Shown here: one piece after another, positions 1 to 9,818 of the stretch
Layout: every line of letters begins with the position of its first letter
How positions within the stretch are numbered: position 1 is the first letter of the stretch
Origin: a virus
Reading direction: 5' to 3' (one strand)
Virus record (IMG/VR): IMGVR_UViG_3300050016_000100
Span: 1-64,000 of that record
DNA: 64,000 nucleotides
Notes under the pieces: generated by a model
Database searches by the model: none
What the model was told of the DNA's origin: nothing
Seen by the model: only the letters and a program-made list of their open reading frames with translations
Position numbers and translations under genes: made by a program

Positions 1-489
1 GACGGGACGAACACCTACACTGCTGCGGTCAGCTCGACGTCAGGCGGAGAGGTGTGGAAGTCTGGCATCCTGACGGGAACGCTCGCCTCCAACACGACCA
101 TCACCGTCACGTTCTCCGGAACACCGATCATCGCCGAGTACCTCTCGATTGCCTACGTCACTGGTCTGTCCAGCGCCGCCGCCGACAAGACGGCCAGCGC
201 AGATGCTGGTACTGGGTCGAGCTACAGCGTGTCGACCGGGACGCTCGGCAAGGCCAACGAGGTCGTGTTCGGGAACCTGATAATCGCGAACGTGTCCGGG
301 GAAACGATAACCGAGGGTGCTGGGTTCACAACCATCGACCACGTCAACGGCTTCGGCGCATCAGGGCAGGAGAGCTACACGTTCGCTTACAAGATAGTCA
401 GCTCGACCGCCTCCGTAACGTACAATCCGACTAGCAACCTGGCGTCCGCAGCCGGGGCGATCTGCGTCGCCAGCTTCAAGGGTTTCTGA
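1..489 (+). CDS. Tail fibre/virion structural protein, C-terminal part (ORF open from window start)
   Basis: Frame open from base 1; Ser/Thr/Gly/Ala-rich beta-strand composition; upstream of other fibre genes. Confidence 0.6.
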   Translation, partial: DGTNTYTAAVSSTSGGEVWKSGILTGTLASNTTITVTFSGTPIIAEYLSIAYVTGLSSAAADKTASADAGTGSSYSVSTGTLGKANEVVFGNLIIANVSGETITEGAGFTTIDHVNGFGASGQESYTFAYKIVSSTASVTYNPTSNLASAAGAICVASFKGF

Positions 490-495
490 CCGCCA

Positions 496-2112
496 ATGAC
501 GACGCGCACCACGCTCAACCCGGCGGACTGCGGCGCGAACATCTTGCTGCTGAACGGGCACCTGCAAGCGGAGAAGATAGCAGCAGATAATGCGTTCACG
601 TTGGTCCGGTCGACCACCGCGCGCAATACTGGGAAGGTCTACTTCGAGTTCACGTCGTGGGTTCCAACAGGTGTCCCGCAGAACTCCTTCAACTATGTTG
701 GATTGTCGGACAGCGTTGCTCCCGTCAACGGCCTCATCGGTGCGCCTGGTAGCGTCGGATGCTGCTGGGGTTACGGCCCATTCGGCGGGGCGATGTACAC
801 AGGTGCCCCGCCAGACAGCAGCGGATTCAGCGGAGCAGCACTTCCCTCCACGGCGATCGCGAACGGCACGCACGGCATCGCCGTCGATTTCGATACCGGG
901 AAGGTATGGTTTACCGACGACTCTGGTGCCTGGTTACAAGGTGATCCGGTTGCAGGTACGTCCCCGTCGATGCAGCAGACCTCTGGCATCGGGTCGACGC
1001 CTCTGTACGCCGCTGCTATGTTCTTCAGCAACGACGGGTTCTTCATATTCAATTTCGGCGCCCAGCCGCTCGCCTACCTGCCGCCGAATGGATTTCAATC
1101 GTGGGACCCCCCTCCGCCTGGTCCGCACCAAGTGATCCCGGGGAGTTCGCCGCTTAACTTCTATGCTGGTATTTCGGCCCCCGGCGTGCGTCTAAGCCTT
1201 CAGAGCGACAGTGCTATACCGACGGTCGACGTCCCGTCGGCGAGCATCATCTACGTGTGGCCGTGCAACGGTTCGATTCTCCCGGTCTACAATGGCGACC
1301 ATTTTGCATCTTTCGACATGAGCGTCGGGGCGTCGATCCGGCTCGATGCTACAAATTATCCTGCTGGATGTCTGTTCGACGTCTGGGGATTCGCCAGCGG
1401 GGATGGAGCCAGCGGAAGCGTCGGCACCAGCGGAAGCTACACGCCGATCGTTGGGAACGTCGGGGTGTGCTCGCTTCTTGGCGGCATCGAGGTCAACGCC
1501 AACCAGACCACGATGCGCAACGGGACCGGCACGATGGTCGTGCCCGAGATGCAGGCGACTTATCTGGGGACGTTCTATACGACCACGGCCGGCCACACCG
1601 CGATGGTGAGGTTCCCAGCGGCGGTCTTGGGCGGGGCCAACAATGTGCTCGGCCTGTGGAACAACTACAATCGTGTGCGGATCGTCGCTCAGTGCCGCGA
1701 CCTCGGCGTCTTGCTAACGATGCCGGTGACAAACCTCGGATGGACAAACGCGTCCGCGACCTGGGCATATGCGGACGCCAGCGCGAACAACAGCATCACC
1801 TGGGTCGATGGCCTCGGCAAGTCACGAGTTCGCGGCGTCTACAGATCGTCCTTTGCCACCCAGAGCGTAAGCCCGTCTGCCTTCGGCGTCGGGATCGCGC
1901 TCGATGCTGACCTCACGTTCGCGAACGGCTCGGCGATCGGCGGCAAGAATGGTGCTGCGGACGCCTCGTTCATGGCAACCGCGATGGCAAACCGTGCCGA
2001 CGGGCCGCAGCGAGGTCTGCACAAGTACACCGCCGCTGAGATCGGAACGACGGAGCCGGTATGGGTGATCGGCGATCCATTCAGCGGCCTCGAGATCGAA
2101 CTGGATATGTAG
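496..2112 (+). CDS. SPRY/ConA-like domain tail fibre or receptor-binding protein
   Basis: N-terminal SPRY-like motifs (TGKVYFEF, GIAVDFDTGKVWF, FNFGAQPLAY.PP.GF); 538 aa. Confidence 0.7.
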   Translation: MTTRTTLNPADCGANILLLNGHLQAEKIAADNAFTLVRSTTARNTGKVYFEFTSWVPTGVPQNSFNYVGLSDSVAPVNGLIGAPGSVGCCWGYGPFGGAMYTGAPPDSSGFSGAALPSTAIANGTHGIAVDFDTGKVWFTDDSGAWLQGDPVAGTSPSMQQTSGIGSTPLYAAAMFFSNDGFFIFNFGAQPLAYLPPNGFQSWDPPPPGPHQVIPGSSPLNFYAGISAPGVRLSLQSDSAIPTVDVPSASIIYVWPCNGSILPVYNGDHFASFDMSVGASIRLDATNYPAGCLFDVWGFASGDGASGSVGTSGSYTPIVGNVGVCSLLGGIEVNANQTTMRNGTGTMVVPEMQATYLGTFYTTTAGHTAMVRFPAAVLGGANNVLGLWNNYNRVRIVAQCRDLGVLLTMPVTNLGWTNASATWAYADASANNSITWVDGLGKSRVRGVYRSSFATQSVSPSAFGVGIALDADLTFANGSAIGGKNGAADASFMATAMANRADGPQRGLHKYTAAEIGTTEPVWVIGDPFSGLEIELDM

Positions 2113-2129
2113 GCAGCAAAGGAAACACC

Positions 2130-3092
2130 ATGCGCATCATCGACTTCGGAGCCAGCCTCACGATGGAGATCGCCACCGGACCCAACTCCATCGGGTACCG
2201 GCACGCCAACGCGATCATCTTCGGCAGGCCGTACAACGCGGCCGACAATCACGCCGTCAGCGGATCGTCCTTCGCCGATATCAGCAGGCAAGTGTTCAAT
2301 CTGGTGCCGATGGACGGCGACATCTACTGCGAGCTTTCGGCGATCAACGACGAGCTCTCCTACAGCTCCGGCGTCCCTATGCCGGCGGGCTACCTGACGC
2401 TGCTCCGCGAGATCATCGCGACGCACATCGCTTCGGCGTGCAGCGCGACGCGCCTGCTGGCAACCGACCCGAGCGTGGTCAAGGCCGGGAGCTGGTCTAG
2501 CTACGCGCCGCTGGCCATGCCGAACGAGATGTGCACCTCCAGCGGCGGGACCATCGACTTCCCGCTGACGGTGATCGACGGGAAGTTCGGCGTCTGCATC
2601 TACACCATCTTCAATGACAGCAGTTCGTTCGATGTTCTGGTGGACGGCGTCAAGGTCGGCAATATCTCGTCGAACTGTGCAGTGGACCCGTCGACCGTGC
2701 TGTACAAGGGCGGCGGCATCGGTGTCGGCGTCAACGTCGGAACGCGGATCGCGTACTTCAACTGCGCGTCCGGTGCCCGCACCGTCAGACTTGTCGCGCA
2801 GGAAGTCGGCGGCAATCCAGAGGCCGTGGCGTTCGTGTGTACCGGCGCCAGCGTCAGGCCTTTCACGCTCCTCGGATCGCCGATCAGTCATCTGGCCGGT
2901 GACGACACACCGAACATCAACGCGAACACCAGCGCCGCCGTTGCGGACGCCGTTGCGCAGGGCTACGCTGCCGCCTACTACGACGTCGGCAGTGCTGCCA
3001 GTCTGATCTATCCGGACGACTACATGGACCAGGTGCATCCCAAGAGCAGCGGCAACGTAAAACTTGGTCTTGTGCTGGGTTCGACACGATAG
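2130..3092 (+). CDS. SGNH/GDSL-like hydrolase, probably tail-associated
   Basis: Block I-like IIDFGASLT at N-terminus and block V DQVHP near C-terminus; AAGGA RBS before ATG 2130. Confidence 0.55.
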   Translation: MRIIDFGASLTMEIATGPNSIGYRHANAIIFGRPYNAADNHAVSGSSFADISRQVFNLVPMDGDIYCELSAINDELSYSSGVPMPAGYLTLLREIIATHIASACSATRLLATDPSVVKAGSWSSYAPLAMPNEMCTSSGGTIDFPLTVIDGKFGVCIYTIFNDSSSFDVLVDGVKVGNISSNCAVDPSTVLYKGGGIGVGVNVGTRIAYFNCASGARTVRLVAQEVGGNPEAVAFVCTGASVRPFTLLGSPISHLAGDDTPNINANTSAAVADAVAQGYAAAYYDVGSAASLIYPDDYMDQVHPKSSGNVKLGLVLGSTR

Positions 3093-3101
3093 GGCGACAA
3101 C

Positions 3102-4154
3102 ATGACCGTGAATCTGAAGCCAAATGTGGTTGATCTCAGTCACTACGACAATGTGACAGACTGGGACGCTGTCAAAGCGTTCGGCATCCTTGGCGTCATC
3201 AACAAAGCGACCGAAGGTCCTGGCATGGCCGATCGGACCTTTGCGATCCGCCGTCCGGAGGCCGCCAAACGCGGAATCCTTTTCGGTGCTTATCATTATC
3301 TTAGGCCCGGGAGCGTCACCGCGCAGGTCCGCCACATGCTCGATGTCATCGGCGATCCCGCCGGCATCGGGCTGGCGTTGGACCATGAGGACCCGAATGT
3401 GCCGCTGGCCAGCGCGCAAGCGTTCTGCGAGTGCATGAAGGAAGAGGTTGGCCGGTATCCGTGGCTCTACAGCGGATTCCTCATCAAACAGCAGCTTGGC
3501 CAGCGAATTAATCCGTTCTGGCGCGGCATCCAGTTGTGGCTCTCGCACTACTCGACCCACCCGACTTGGCCGCCATGCTGGGATAAGCCATTCTTGATTC
3601 AATTTACCGGCGATGGCGTGGGTCCAGGACCGCATCATGTGGATGGCATCGCGCCGCGCAGCGGCATCGACATTGATAGCTTTGACGGCACTGCCGAGCA
3701 GCTCGCGGCCGCGTGGGCCGGTGGCGTCACGCTCGCCGCAGCGGCCGCCGATCCGGCCACCGTCGCGCCGCCCATTGTGGTCGCAGGGCGCCGGCAGACC
3801 GGCATCACCATGACCAACTTCGGCGGCCCTGGCGACGTAAACGAAAGCGCCTATGAGCCGGGCAAGTTTGTCGATCCGACCAAGCCCGGCGTCGCGCTTC
3901 CGTTCCACCTCGCGGGCACACTGCCAAAGGTTCGCGTCTATTACGGCGACAAGTCCGTGGTCTGCGACATCGTTGACGTCGGCCCGCACAACACCCGCGA
4001 CGACTACTGGACGACTGGTGCGCGGCCGCTGGCCGAGAGCCAAGGCGGCAATCGCGCCGGCATCGACGGCACTCCGGCCGTGTTCGACGCGTTCAACATC
4101 GCGCCGAACGACCCGGCCTATGGCAAGATTGAGGTGGACTGGGAGTTCGTTTAA
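3102..4154 (+). CDS. Endolysin: GH25 muramidase plus C-terminal RlpA/DPBB-like domain
   Basis: VDLSHY, INKATEG, GAYHY, LDHE motifs of GH25; C-terminal CDIVDVGP...GIDGTPAVF. Confidence 0.85.
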   Translation: MTVNLKPNVVDLSHYDNVTDWDAVKAFGILGVINKATEGPGMADRTFAIRRPEAAKRGILFGAYHYLRPGSVTAQVRHMLDVIGDPAGIGLALDHEDPNVPLASAQAFCECMKEEVGRYPWLYSGFLIKQQLGQRINPFWRGIQLWLSHYSTHPTWPPCWDKPFLIQFTGDGVGPGPHHVDGIAPRSGIDIDSFDGTAEQLAAAWAGGVTLAAAAADPATVAPPIVVAGRRQTGITMTNFGGPGDVNESAYEPGKFVDPTKPGVALPFHLAGTLPKVRVYYGDKSVVCDIVDVGPHNTRDDYWTTGARPLAESQGGNRAGIDGTPAVFDAFNIAPNDPAYGKIEVDWEFV

Positions 4155-4177
4155 CAGTTTTACAAAAGGAGTTTCCG

Positions 4178-4918
4178 ATGAGGGCGATCATCTTCGCTGC
4201 TTTCCTTCTACTCGCGCCTGTGGCTGCGGTCGCCCAGGCATCACCGCCGCCAGCTTCGACCGGGCCCGTCGCGGTTGGCCAGGCGATGGCGCACGTCGAT
4301 CAGCAGGGCCAGGTCGCAATCGTTCAGGCACCGGCCAGTGTCAGTTTCGGTTCCCTTGGCGGTGAGCTACTTCAGTGGCTCGCGCTGGTGTTCGGTGCTC
4401 CGATCGCGACCTTCATCACGCTTTGGATGAAGGCACTCGCGAAACGTGCCGGAGTCGAAGTAACCGCGGCGATGAGCGATAAGCTCGACGGTATCATCCA
4501 GAACGGCCTAATGGCGGGCGCGCACAACATCGGCGCGGATATGAAGGGCAGACTGAACGTAGACGTTCGCAACGACATGGTGGCGCAGGCCGTGGCCTAT
4601 GCACAGGCGCACGGCGCGGACACGATCAAGGATCTGTCCAATAGCAACACTTCGTTCGCATGGATGAAGTCCTTCGACCCGAACTCGGCGGCTGTTCAGG
4701 AAGCGCTGCGAGCTCGCGCCGCGAAGGTGCTCAACGATGTCTCGCCTCCGGGCGCGGTGACGAAACCACCGGCGACCACTACGGACACGGCCGCGCCAGC
4801 GCCGGCGCCAGGCGGCGCCGCCGCCGCGCCATTGGCTGGCGATCCGCCACCGACTCCGTCAGCTGCTCCGCCGGCGGCTTCACCGGCTCCGGCACCCGCG
4901 GGAGCGTCGCCAGCCTGA
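4178..4918 (+). CDS. Membrane protein, holin-like, with Pro/Ala-rich tail
   Basis: Signal/TM segment plus second TM segment; directly downstream of endolysin. Confidence 0.5.
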   Translation: MRAIIFAAFLLLAPVAAVAQASPPPASTGPVAVGQAMAHVDQQGQVAIVQAPASVSFGSLGGELLQWLALVFGAPIATFITLWMKALAKRAGVEVTAAMSDKLDGIIQNGLMAGAHNIGADMKGRLNVDVRNDMVAQAVAYAQAHGADTIKDLSNSNTSFAWMKSFDPNSAAVQEALRARAAKVLNDVSPPGAVTKPPATTTDTAAPAPAPGGAAAAPLAGDPPPTPSAAPPAASPAPAPAGASPA

Positions 4919-4920
4919 GA

Positions 4921-4936
4921 CGTTTCACGTGAAACA
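4921..4936. promoter_or_regulatory. parS-like ParB-binding palindrome
   Basis: CGTTTCACGTGAAACA, 15/16 match to canonical TGTTTCACGTGAAACA; intergenic. Confidence 0.7.
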
Positions 4937-4956
4937 TTTTTAAGCCGAGGTCCGCG

Positions 4957-5718
4957 ATGACGATCTTGAAGTATGGAAAAAAACCGGCGCGCATCGGAGC
5001 AGTGAAGATGCGCTTCGGCGCGTTCTTCGACTCGCGTAAGCTACCGGTGCCCCCCAGGCGGTTCGGCCACTATTCGATAGGGCAGCCTTGGGGAATGTTG
5101 GCCAATGATAAATACTCGAATTGCATCTTCGCGGGCGCTGCGCATGAGACGATGGTGTGGAAGCACGAGGCCGGCATCATTGTGCCGTTCCGCGACCAGG
5201 ATGTTCTCGCCGATTATGCGGCCGTAACTGGATTCGATCCGGAGAAACCGGAGACGGACCAAGGCGGCGATATGCAGGCGGCCGCATCCTACCGGCGCAA
5301 GATCGGCATCATCGATGCCCATGGAGTTCGCCACAAGATTGATGCTTACAATGCGCTGCGTCCTGGCTACGAACGCGACCTGGCGCTCGCTGTCTATCTA
5401 ACCGGTGCCGCCGGTGTCGGCCTGATGCTGCCGCCAAGCGCTGAGGCGCAGTTCGCCGCCGGCGAGGTGTGGGACGTGGTGCCTGGCGAAACCGGAAAGG
5501 ACGGCCATTATGTGCCATGCGTGGGTCGCAACAGTGCTGGCGACTACCTGGTGGCCACATGGGAACGGCTTCATGCGATGACGCCCGACTTTTATGCGGC
5601 GTATTGCGACGAGGCGACGGTCTATATATCGTTCGATGCGCTCGACGCCAAAGGCCTTACGCCCGAGGGCTATGCGGCGGATCAACTAAGGGCAAGCGTG
5701 GCGGCGATCGCCGCCTGA
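4957..5718 (+). CDS. Papain-like cysteine peptidase-like protein
   Basis: ND.YSNC.FAGAAH (Cys), GHYVPCVG (His), VATW pattern. Confidence 0.6.
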   Translation: MTILKYGKKPARIGAVKMRFGAFFDSRKLPVPPRRFGHYSIGQPWGMLANDKYSNCIFAGAAHETMVWKHEAGIIVPFRDQDVLADYAAVTGFDPEKPETDQGGDMQAAASYRRKIGIIDAHGVRHKIDAYNALRPGYERDLALAVYLTGAAGVGLMLPPSAEAQFAAGEVWDVVPGETGKDGHYVPCVGRNSAGDYLVATWERLHAMTPDFYAAYCDEATVYISFDALDAKGLTPEGYAADQLRASVAAIAA

Positions 5719-5733
5719 AAAGGGAGTGACTTC

Positions 5734-6069
5734 ATGTTCAAGAATGTTCTACGCATGGGATTGCTCGGGGCGGCCCTTCTCACGGCCGGCTGCACCCCGG
5801 GAACCCTTCCGCAACTCGTCGTTCCGACCGTGGCGCAGGTCCAAGCTGCAACCGTTCAAGCCTGCAGCTATCTGCCGGACGTCGTGGCCGTCGCAAACAT
5901 CATCTCGGCGACCAACACGATGATCTCGACCGCCGCCGGGATTGCGTCGCAAATATGTAGTGTCGTGTTCGCGCCGCCGAAGAGTGCCGCCCGCTTTGGC
6001 GCCACGCTGCCGACCGTCAATGGTGTCGTCGTCACCGGACATTTCGTAGCCGGAAGACGCCTAAGATGA
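5734..6069 (+). CDS. Lipoprotein (possible spanin component)
   Basis: Lipobox LTAGC after hydrophobic signal; lysis region. Confidence 0.55.
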   Translation: MFKNVLRMGLLGAALLTAGCTPGTLPQLVVPTVAQVQAATVQACSYLPDVVAVANIISATNTMISTAAGIASQICSVVFAPPKSAARFGATLPTVNGVVVTGHFVAGRRLR

Positions 6070-6344
6070 TCAGGCTGCTACTTCTCGCAGCGATGATCTC
6101 GGCCGTCGCCCCTTCCCGGGCGGCGGCCTCCGATCTGACCCTCGAGGACGTCCGCGCGCTGGTCGCCGCGATGGGATTCAATCCCGGGACCAGCCGGTTA
6201 TTCGGCAACCGCGGCGTACAGACACTGACCAACGTCGACGTCGATAAAGGCGAAAAGCGGGGCGAGTTCGTGATCCGGGTCCGCATTTTGGGACCGAAGG
6301 CAGCGAGGCGACACCATTCTGCCGAGGCAATCCCGCCTCATTGA
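6066..6344 (+). CDS. Secreted hypothetical protein
   Basis: Signal peptide; ATGA overlap with previous gene. Confidence 0.5.
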   Translation: MIRLLLLAAMISAVAPSRAAASDLTLEDVRALVAAMGFNPGTSRLFGNRGVQTLTNVDVDKGEKRGEFVIRVRILGPKAARRHHSAEAIPPH

Positions 6345-6628
6345 CGGGAGATACCATCATGAGAGTTATGCCGCTGATCACGTTCTATGAGAAGCACGGC
6401 GCCCAGGTGAAGGCAAAGTTCGACGAGCTTGCCGGCAGGGGAGCACCGGGCTCGCACCTGGGCCTGGATCTTGCCGACACCGCCCTGGACTTCATCAAGA
6501 AGCACTGGCCGGCCTGGAACGAGGACAACCTGATCGACGACTTCAAGACCATGATCCACGAGGAGCTGGCACCGGAGCCGGCAGCCGGGCAGGTGCCTCC
6601 TCGCGACCAGGCCCAGGGGGATCGCTGA
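6341..6628 (+). CDS. Hypothetical protein
   Basis: Coupled ORF with phage-like codon use. Confidence 0.55.
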   Translation: MTGDTIMRVMPLITFYEKHGAQVKAKFDELAGRGAPGSHLGLDLADTALDFIKKHWPAWNEDNLIDDFKTMIHEELAPEPAAGQVPPRDQAQGDR

Positions 6629-6629
6629 C

Positions 6630-7037
6630 GTGGCTGCCAAGGGCAGCACCGGGCAGACCGTGCTCGTCATCGGGATCATCGCCAGCGTGGCCATGGGCGT
6701 GGGAAGCACATTCCTACAGCTCCTGAACCCGAAGGGCGACTACGACAAGATGACCGTGAGGGTGGACACACTCGAGCGCGACATCCGCTGGAACTTCATC
6801 ACCAAGGAGTCCGAGGGCAAGGACGTTGGTCACATCAAGGACATCGAGGCCAAGGACGTCGCCCGCATCGACCGCGACATCTCCGAGCTGAAGGTGGCTC
6901 TGTCTGACCTGAACAAGTCGATCAACACCACCTACTCAGCCAAGGACGTGTTGGTCTCCCTCCAGAACAGGATCGCCGAGCTGGAGCGCGTCATCCGCGA
7001 CACTACCCGGCAGCCAGTCCCAGTCACGCAGAAGTAG
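6630..7037 (+). CDS. Membrane-anchored coiled-coil protein
   Basis: N-terminal TM segment followed by heptad pattern. Confidence 0.6.
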   Translation: MAAKGSTGQTVLVIGIIASVAMGVGSTFLQLLNPKGDYDKMTVRVDTLERDIRWNFITKESEGKDVGHIKDIEAKDVARIDRDISELKVALSDLNKSINTTYSAKDVLVSLQNRIAELERVIRDTTRQPVPVTQK

Positions 7038-7041
7038 AGAC

Positions 7042-7314
7042 ATGAACATCGCCAGTGTAGTCATGGTCGTGCTCCTGCTGTCCGTCACGGCGGTGGAGGC
7101 ACGCTTCTACTGGCCGTGGGAGCAGCCGCACGGGCGCCGCCACGCCCAGCGCGGCAACAGCGAGGCGATCAAGCCGCTGGGGGAGCCGAACTGTCAGCAG
7201 ATAAGGGAGGCCATCAAGACCCTGGAGCCGGACCGCCTGGAGAGGGCGCTGAGGTCGGCGTCGAGGAGGCAGCGCGACGCCATCGACAAGTGCCAGCAGG
7301 AGACTGGACCATGA
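7042..7314 (+). CDS. Secreted hypothetical protein
   Basis: Signal peptide ending AVEA. Confidence 0.55.
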   Translation: MNIASVVMVVLLLSVTAVEARFYWPWEQPHGRRHAQRGNSEAIKPLGEPNCQQIREAIKTLEPDRLERALRSASRRQRDAIDKCQQETGP

Positions 7315-7643
7315 CGAGCGAGAACGGACTGCGCGCGTCCGGGATACGAATTACGCTGCCGACTCTGGGTGCAATCTCGTCGATCATCGGCGTGTTCATA
7401 TTCGTCAGCGGGTGGGTCATCGGCTACCTAACGTTCCGCGCCGACATGCGCACCATCAGCGAGGGCGTGGTGTCTCTAAAGACAGAGATAGCCTCCCTTC
7501 AGACCCGCAACAACATCATGAGCCAGACGATCACCGACGACCGCCAGACCTTGTCTAACCGGCTCACAGCCATCGAGATTGACAGCAAGTACATCAGCCA
7601 GGGCATCGCTGAGCTGAAGATCGCCATTGTCCCGAAACGTTAA
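7311..7643 (+). CDS. Membrane-anchored coiled-coil protein
   Basis: AGGAG RBS; TM segment plus coiled coil. Confidence 0.6.
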   Translation: MTSENGLRASGIRITLPTLGAISSIIGVFIFVSGWVIGYLTFRADMRTISEGVVSLKTEIASLQTRNNIMSQTITDDRQTLSNRLTAIEIDSKYISQGIAELKIAIVPKR

Positions 7644-7662
7644 AACCAGCGGAGAATCCGTC

Positions 7663-7842
7663 ATGTCCCTACTTGGCTTAATCCTCGTCATCATCCTCGT
7701 TCTATTCCTGCTCGGCGGTGTTGCGCCGTGGGGCAACTATCCCGGCCCCTATCACGGCTACGGCTTCGGCGGTGGCGGCATCAGCCTGGTCGGCGTCGTG
7801 CTTATTGTTGTTCTCGTCCTCGTACTGCTCGGGAGGCTGTGA
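7663..7842 (+). CDS. DUF3309-like small membrane protein
   Basis: LILVIILVLFLLGG.PW...GYG.GG...VLIVVLVLVLLGRL pattern. Confidence 0.75.
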   Translation: MSLLGLILVIILVLFLLGGVAPWGNYPGPYHGYGFGGGGISLVGVVLIVVLVLVLLGRL

Positions 7843-7961
7843 TGCCGGCCACGATTTCGCTACAGCTTATCGGCATCTGGATCTGCGTCGGATTCTTCAC
7901 CGGCATCGGCTGGGCGATCGCGAACGTCATCATCAGCCGATTGCTGTTCCGAGGAATCTGA
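7842..7961 (+). CDS. Small membrane peptide (39 aa)
   Basis: TGATG overlap with previous gene; hydrophobic sequence. Confidence 0.5.
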   Translation: MPATISLQLIGIWICVGFFTGIGWAIANVIISRLLFRGI

Positions 7962-8159
7962 CTTTACGCGTTTAGAGATTTTCGGTCCGCCGGGGTTGTG
8001 CGCCCCGGCGACCTTCGCTATTGTGCCGACTTCCCCCACAACACGGAACGAATCACGAGTCCCTGTCCCGCGCTTGACCGCGCGCCCCGCAACCAGCACT
8101 TCCGTTTTTCGATCAATTTATAGGTCGAAAAAGTGAAGTGTCCGACAACGGAGCAAGAC

Positions 8160-9818
8160 ATGAACACGCGCTTCACCATCATCGCCGCATTGACGGCCGC
8201 ATCCATCGCTACCATCGCATCGCCGGCGGACGCCCGCCGATACCACGATACGAAAACCGGTCCCCACTTTTCGACGCCGGGCGCGCAGCCCGGATTTAAC
8301 TTCTTCGGTTCCCACATGGTCGAAAGGAATGGCCAGTGGGTCTATGCCCCCCCGGGGACCGCCCAGCCGGCAGTTCGGCCCGTATGGCACCACCGCAAGG
8401 CCCGAAAACCAGCCCGCGCCCCAAGCCGGGCGGTCAGCCATCAGGCGGCGCCGATCCTGGCGTCTATTCCCCTGCCAACCCCCCGAAACTCAACCCATGG
8501 CATTCCTATTGGCAGCCCGGAACCACTGCCGCCACCGCCCGATCTAATTGTGGCGGCTAGGATTTTCGAACCAATGGGCAGGCGCGCGGTCCCCGACATC
8601 CTCACCGAGCCGGTGCTCGGCCACGAGATAGCGCCGCCAGACCTGGTCGCCGCGATGAAGGTAGACCTCGGCCGGAACCCGACCGGCTGGGGACATCTGT
8701 GGTGCGCGCGCTACCTCAATATGGTGCTAGCTCGCCTCGGTCTGCGACCGATGACCGGAGATTCGCGGAATATCGCCAGATCATTCCGTGGCTACGGCAA
8801 CGCCGCCCAGCCCGGCACGAAGGGCGCGATCGTGGTGAGCTCCGGACACGTTGCCGTAGCCACCGGTCGCACCTGCAAGGGCGGCAACGTCGAGACGATC
8901 TCAGGTAACTCGACCGGCCGCGTGGTCGCGATTAACTGCGAAATGAGGGCGAGAATCATAGCGTGGCGGATGCCCATCGGCGTTCCGGAGGTCGTCCGGA
9001 ATCGCGATCAGATCGATCTCGCAGATCGATCTGCCAAGCCGATACTGCGCACGCCGACAAAACTCACGGATCTCGCGCTCTACGCTTACAACGAGTATCT
9101 CGCGGAGAAACCGGCGCGTATCGCGTTGGCGACCATCGGCGCCGCACCGATCGGTGATGCCAGGAAGGAATTGCTGCTGGCCGCCGATGCCTTCGGCCTC
9201 AATCGCGACTACATGCTCGCGGTAGCCAAGGTCGAGTCCGGCTTCGCCTGTAAGCAAACGACCGGCCAATACAAGGGCACTTTCCAGCTCAGCAACCATG
9301 AGTTCGACACCCATCTGGGCGGCGGTGGGATCATGGACTGCCGGCGCAACGCCTTTGCCGCGGCGAGCAAGTTTGTGACCGAGAAGATTCTGTTCGAGCA
9401 CTTCGTCGGCCGCGAGGCTGCGTTCGAGGACATGTACCTCGTCCACCAGCAGGGACTCGGCGGCGCCATCGCTCACCTGACGCATCCCGACCGGATCGCG
9501 TGGCGGTCGATGTGCGCGACCGAGGAGGGCATCGAGAAGGGCGCCGCGTGGTGCAAGCGGGCGATCTGGGGCAACACGCTGCCGGCGATCAAGGCCCGCG
9601 CCGGCTCCGTCGAGAAGCTGACCAGCGGCGAGTTCGTCGATCACTGGAACCGACGCATCGCCGGCCTTGTCGGCGGAACGGCTCCCGCGTTCGAGACGGC
9701 ATCCGTCAAACCGGCATCAGCCGATCGCCGGAAACGTGCCCACCATCGCGGTGCCCGCATGGCCTACTACCAGTCCAGCAAGGAGAGCTACAATGCAGGG
9801 GCAGAGATTCCTCGCTAA
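8160..9818 (+). CDS. Secreted cell-wall enzyme: TIGR02594/CHAP-like peptidase fused to SLT-like lytic transglycosylase
   Basis: Signal peptide; WCARYLN...GHVAV...ISGN; then AKVESGF...GTFQLS...YLVHQQG. Confidence 0.75.
   Translation: MNTRFTIIAALTAASIATIASPADARRYHDTKTGPHFSTPGAQPGFNFFGSHMVERNGQWVYAPPGTAQPAVRPVWHHRKARKPARAPSRAVSHQAAPILASIPLPTPRNSTHGIPIGSPEPLPPPPDLIVAARIFEPMGRRAVPDILTEPVLGHEIAPPDLVAAMKVDLGRNPTGWGHLWCARYLNMVLARLGLRPMTGDSRNIARSFRGYGNAAQPGTKGAIVVSSGHVAVATGRTCKGGNVETISGNSTGRVVAINCEMRARIIAWRMPIGVPEVVRNRDQIDLADRSAKPILRTPTKLTDLALYAYNEYLAEKPARIALATIGAAPIGDARKELLLAADAFGLNRDYMLAVAKVESGFACKQTTGQYKGTFQLSNHEFDTHLGGGGIMDCRRNAFAAASKFVTEKILFEHFVGREAAFEDMYLVHQQGLGGAIAHLTHPDRIAWRSMCATEEGIEKGAAWCKRAIWGNTLPAIKARAGSVEKLTSGEFVDHWNRRIAGLVGGTAPAFETASVKPASADRRKRAHHRGARMAYYQSSKESYNAGAEIPR

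Noticed and set aside
1839-4043. 734-aa minus-strand ORF
   Set aside because: Antisense shadow of well-supported plus-strand genes in GC-rich DNA
7984-8132. Hairpin (7984-8013) and inverted repeat TTTTTCGA-n12-TCGAAAAA as terminator/operator
   Set aside because: No U-tract and no second copy noticed; function cannot be supported
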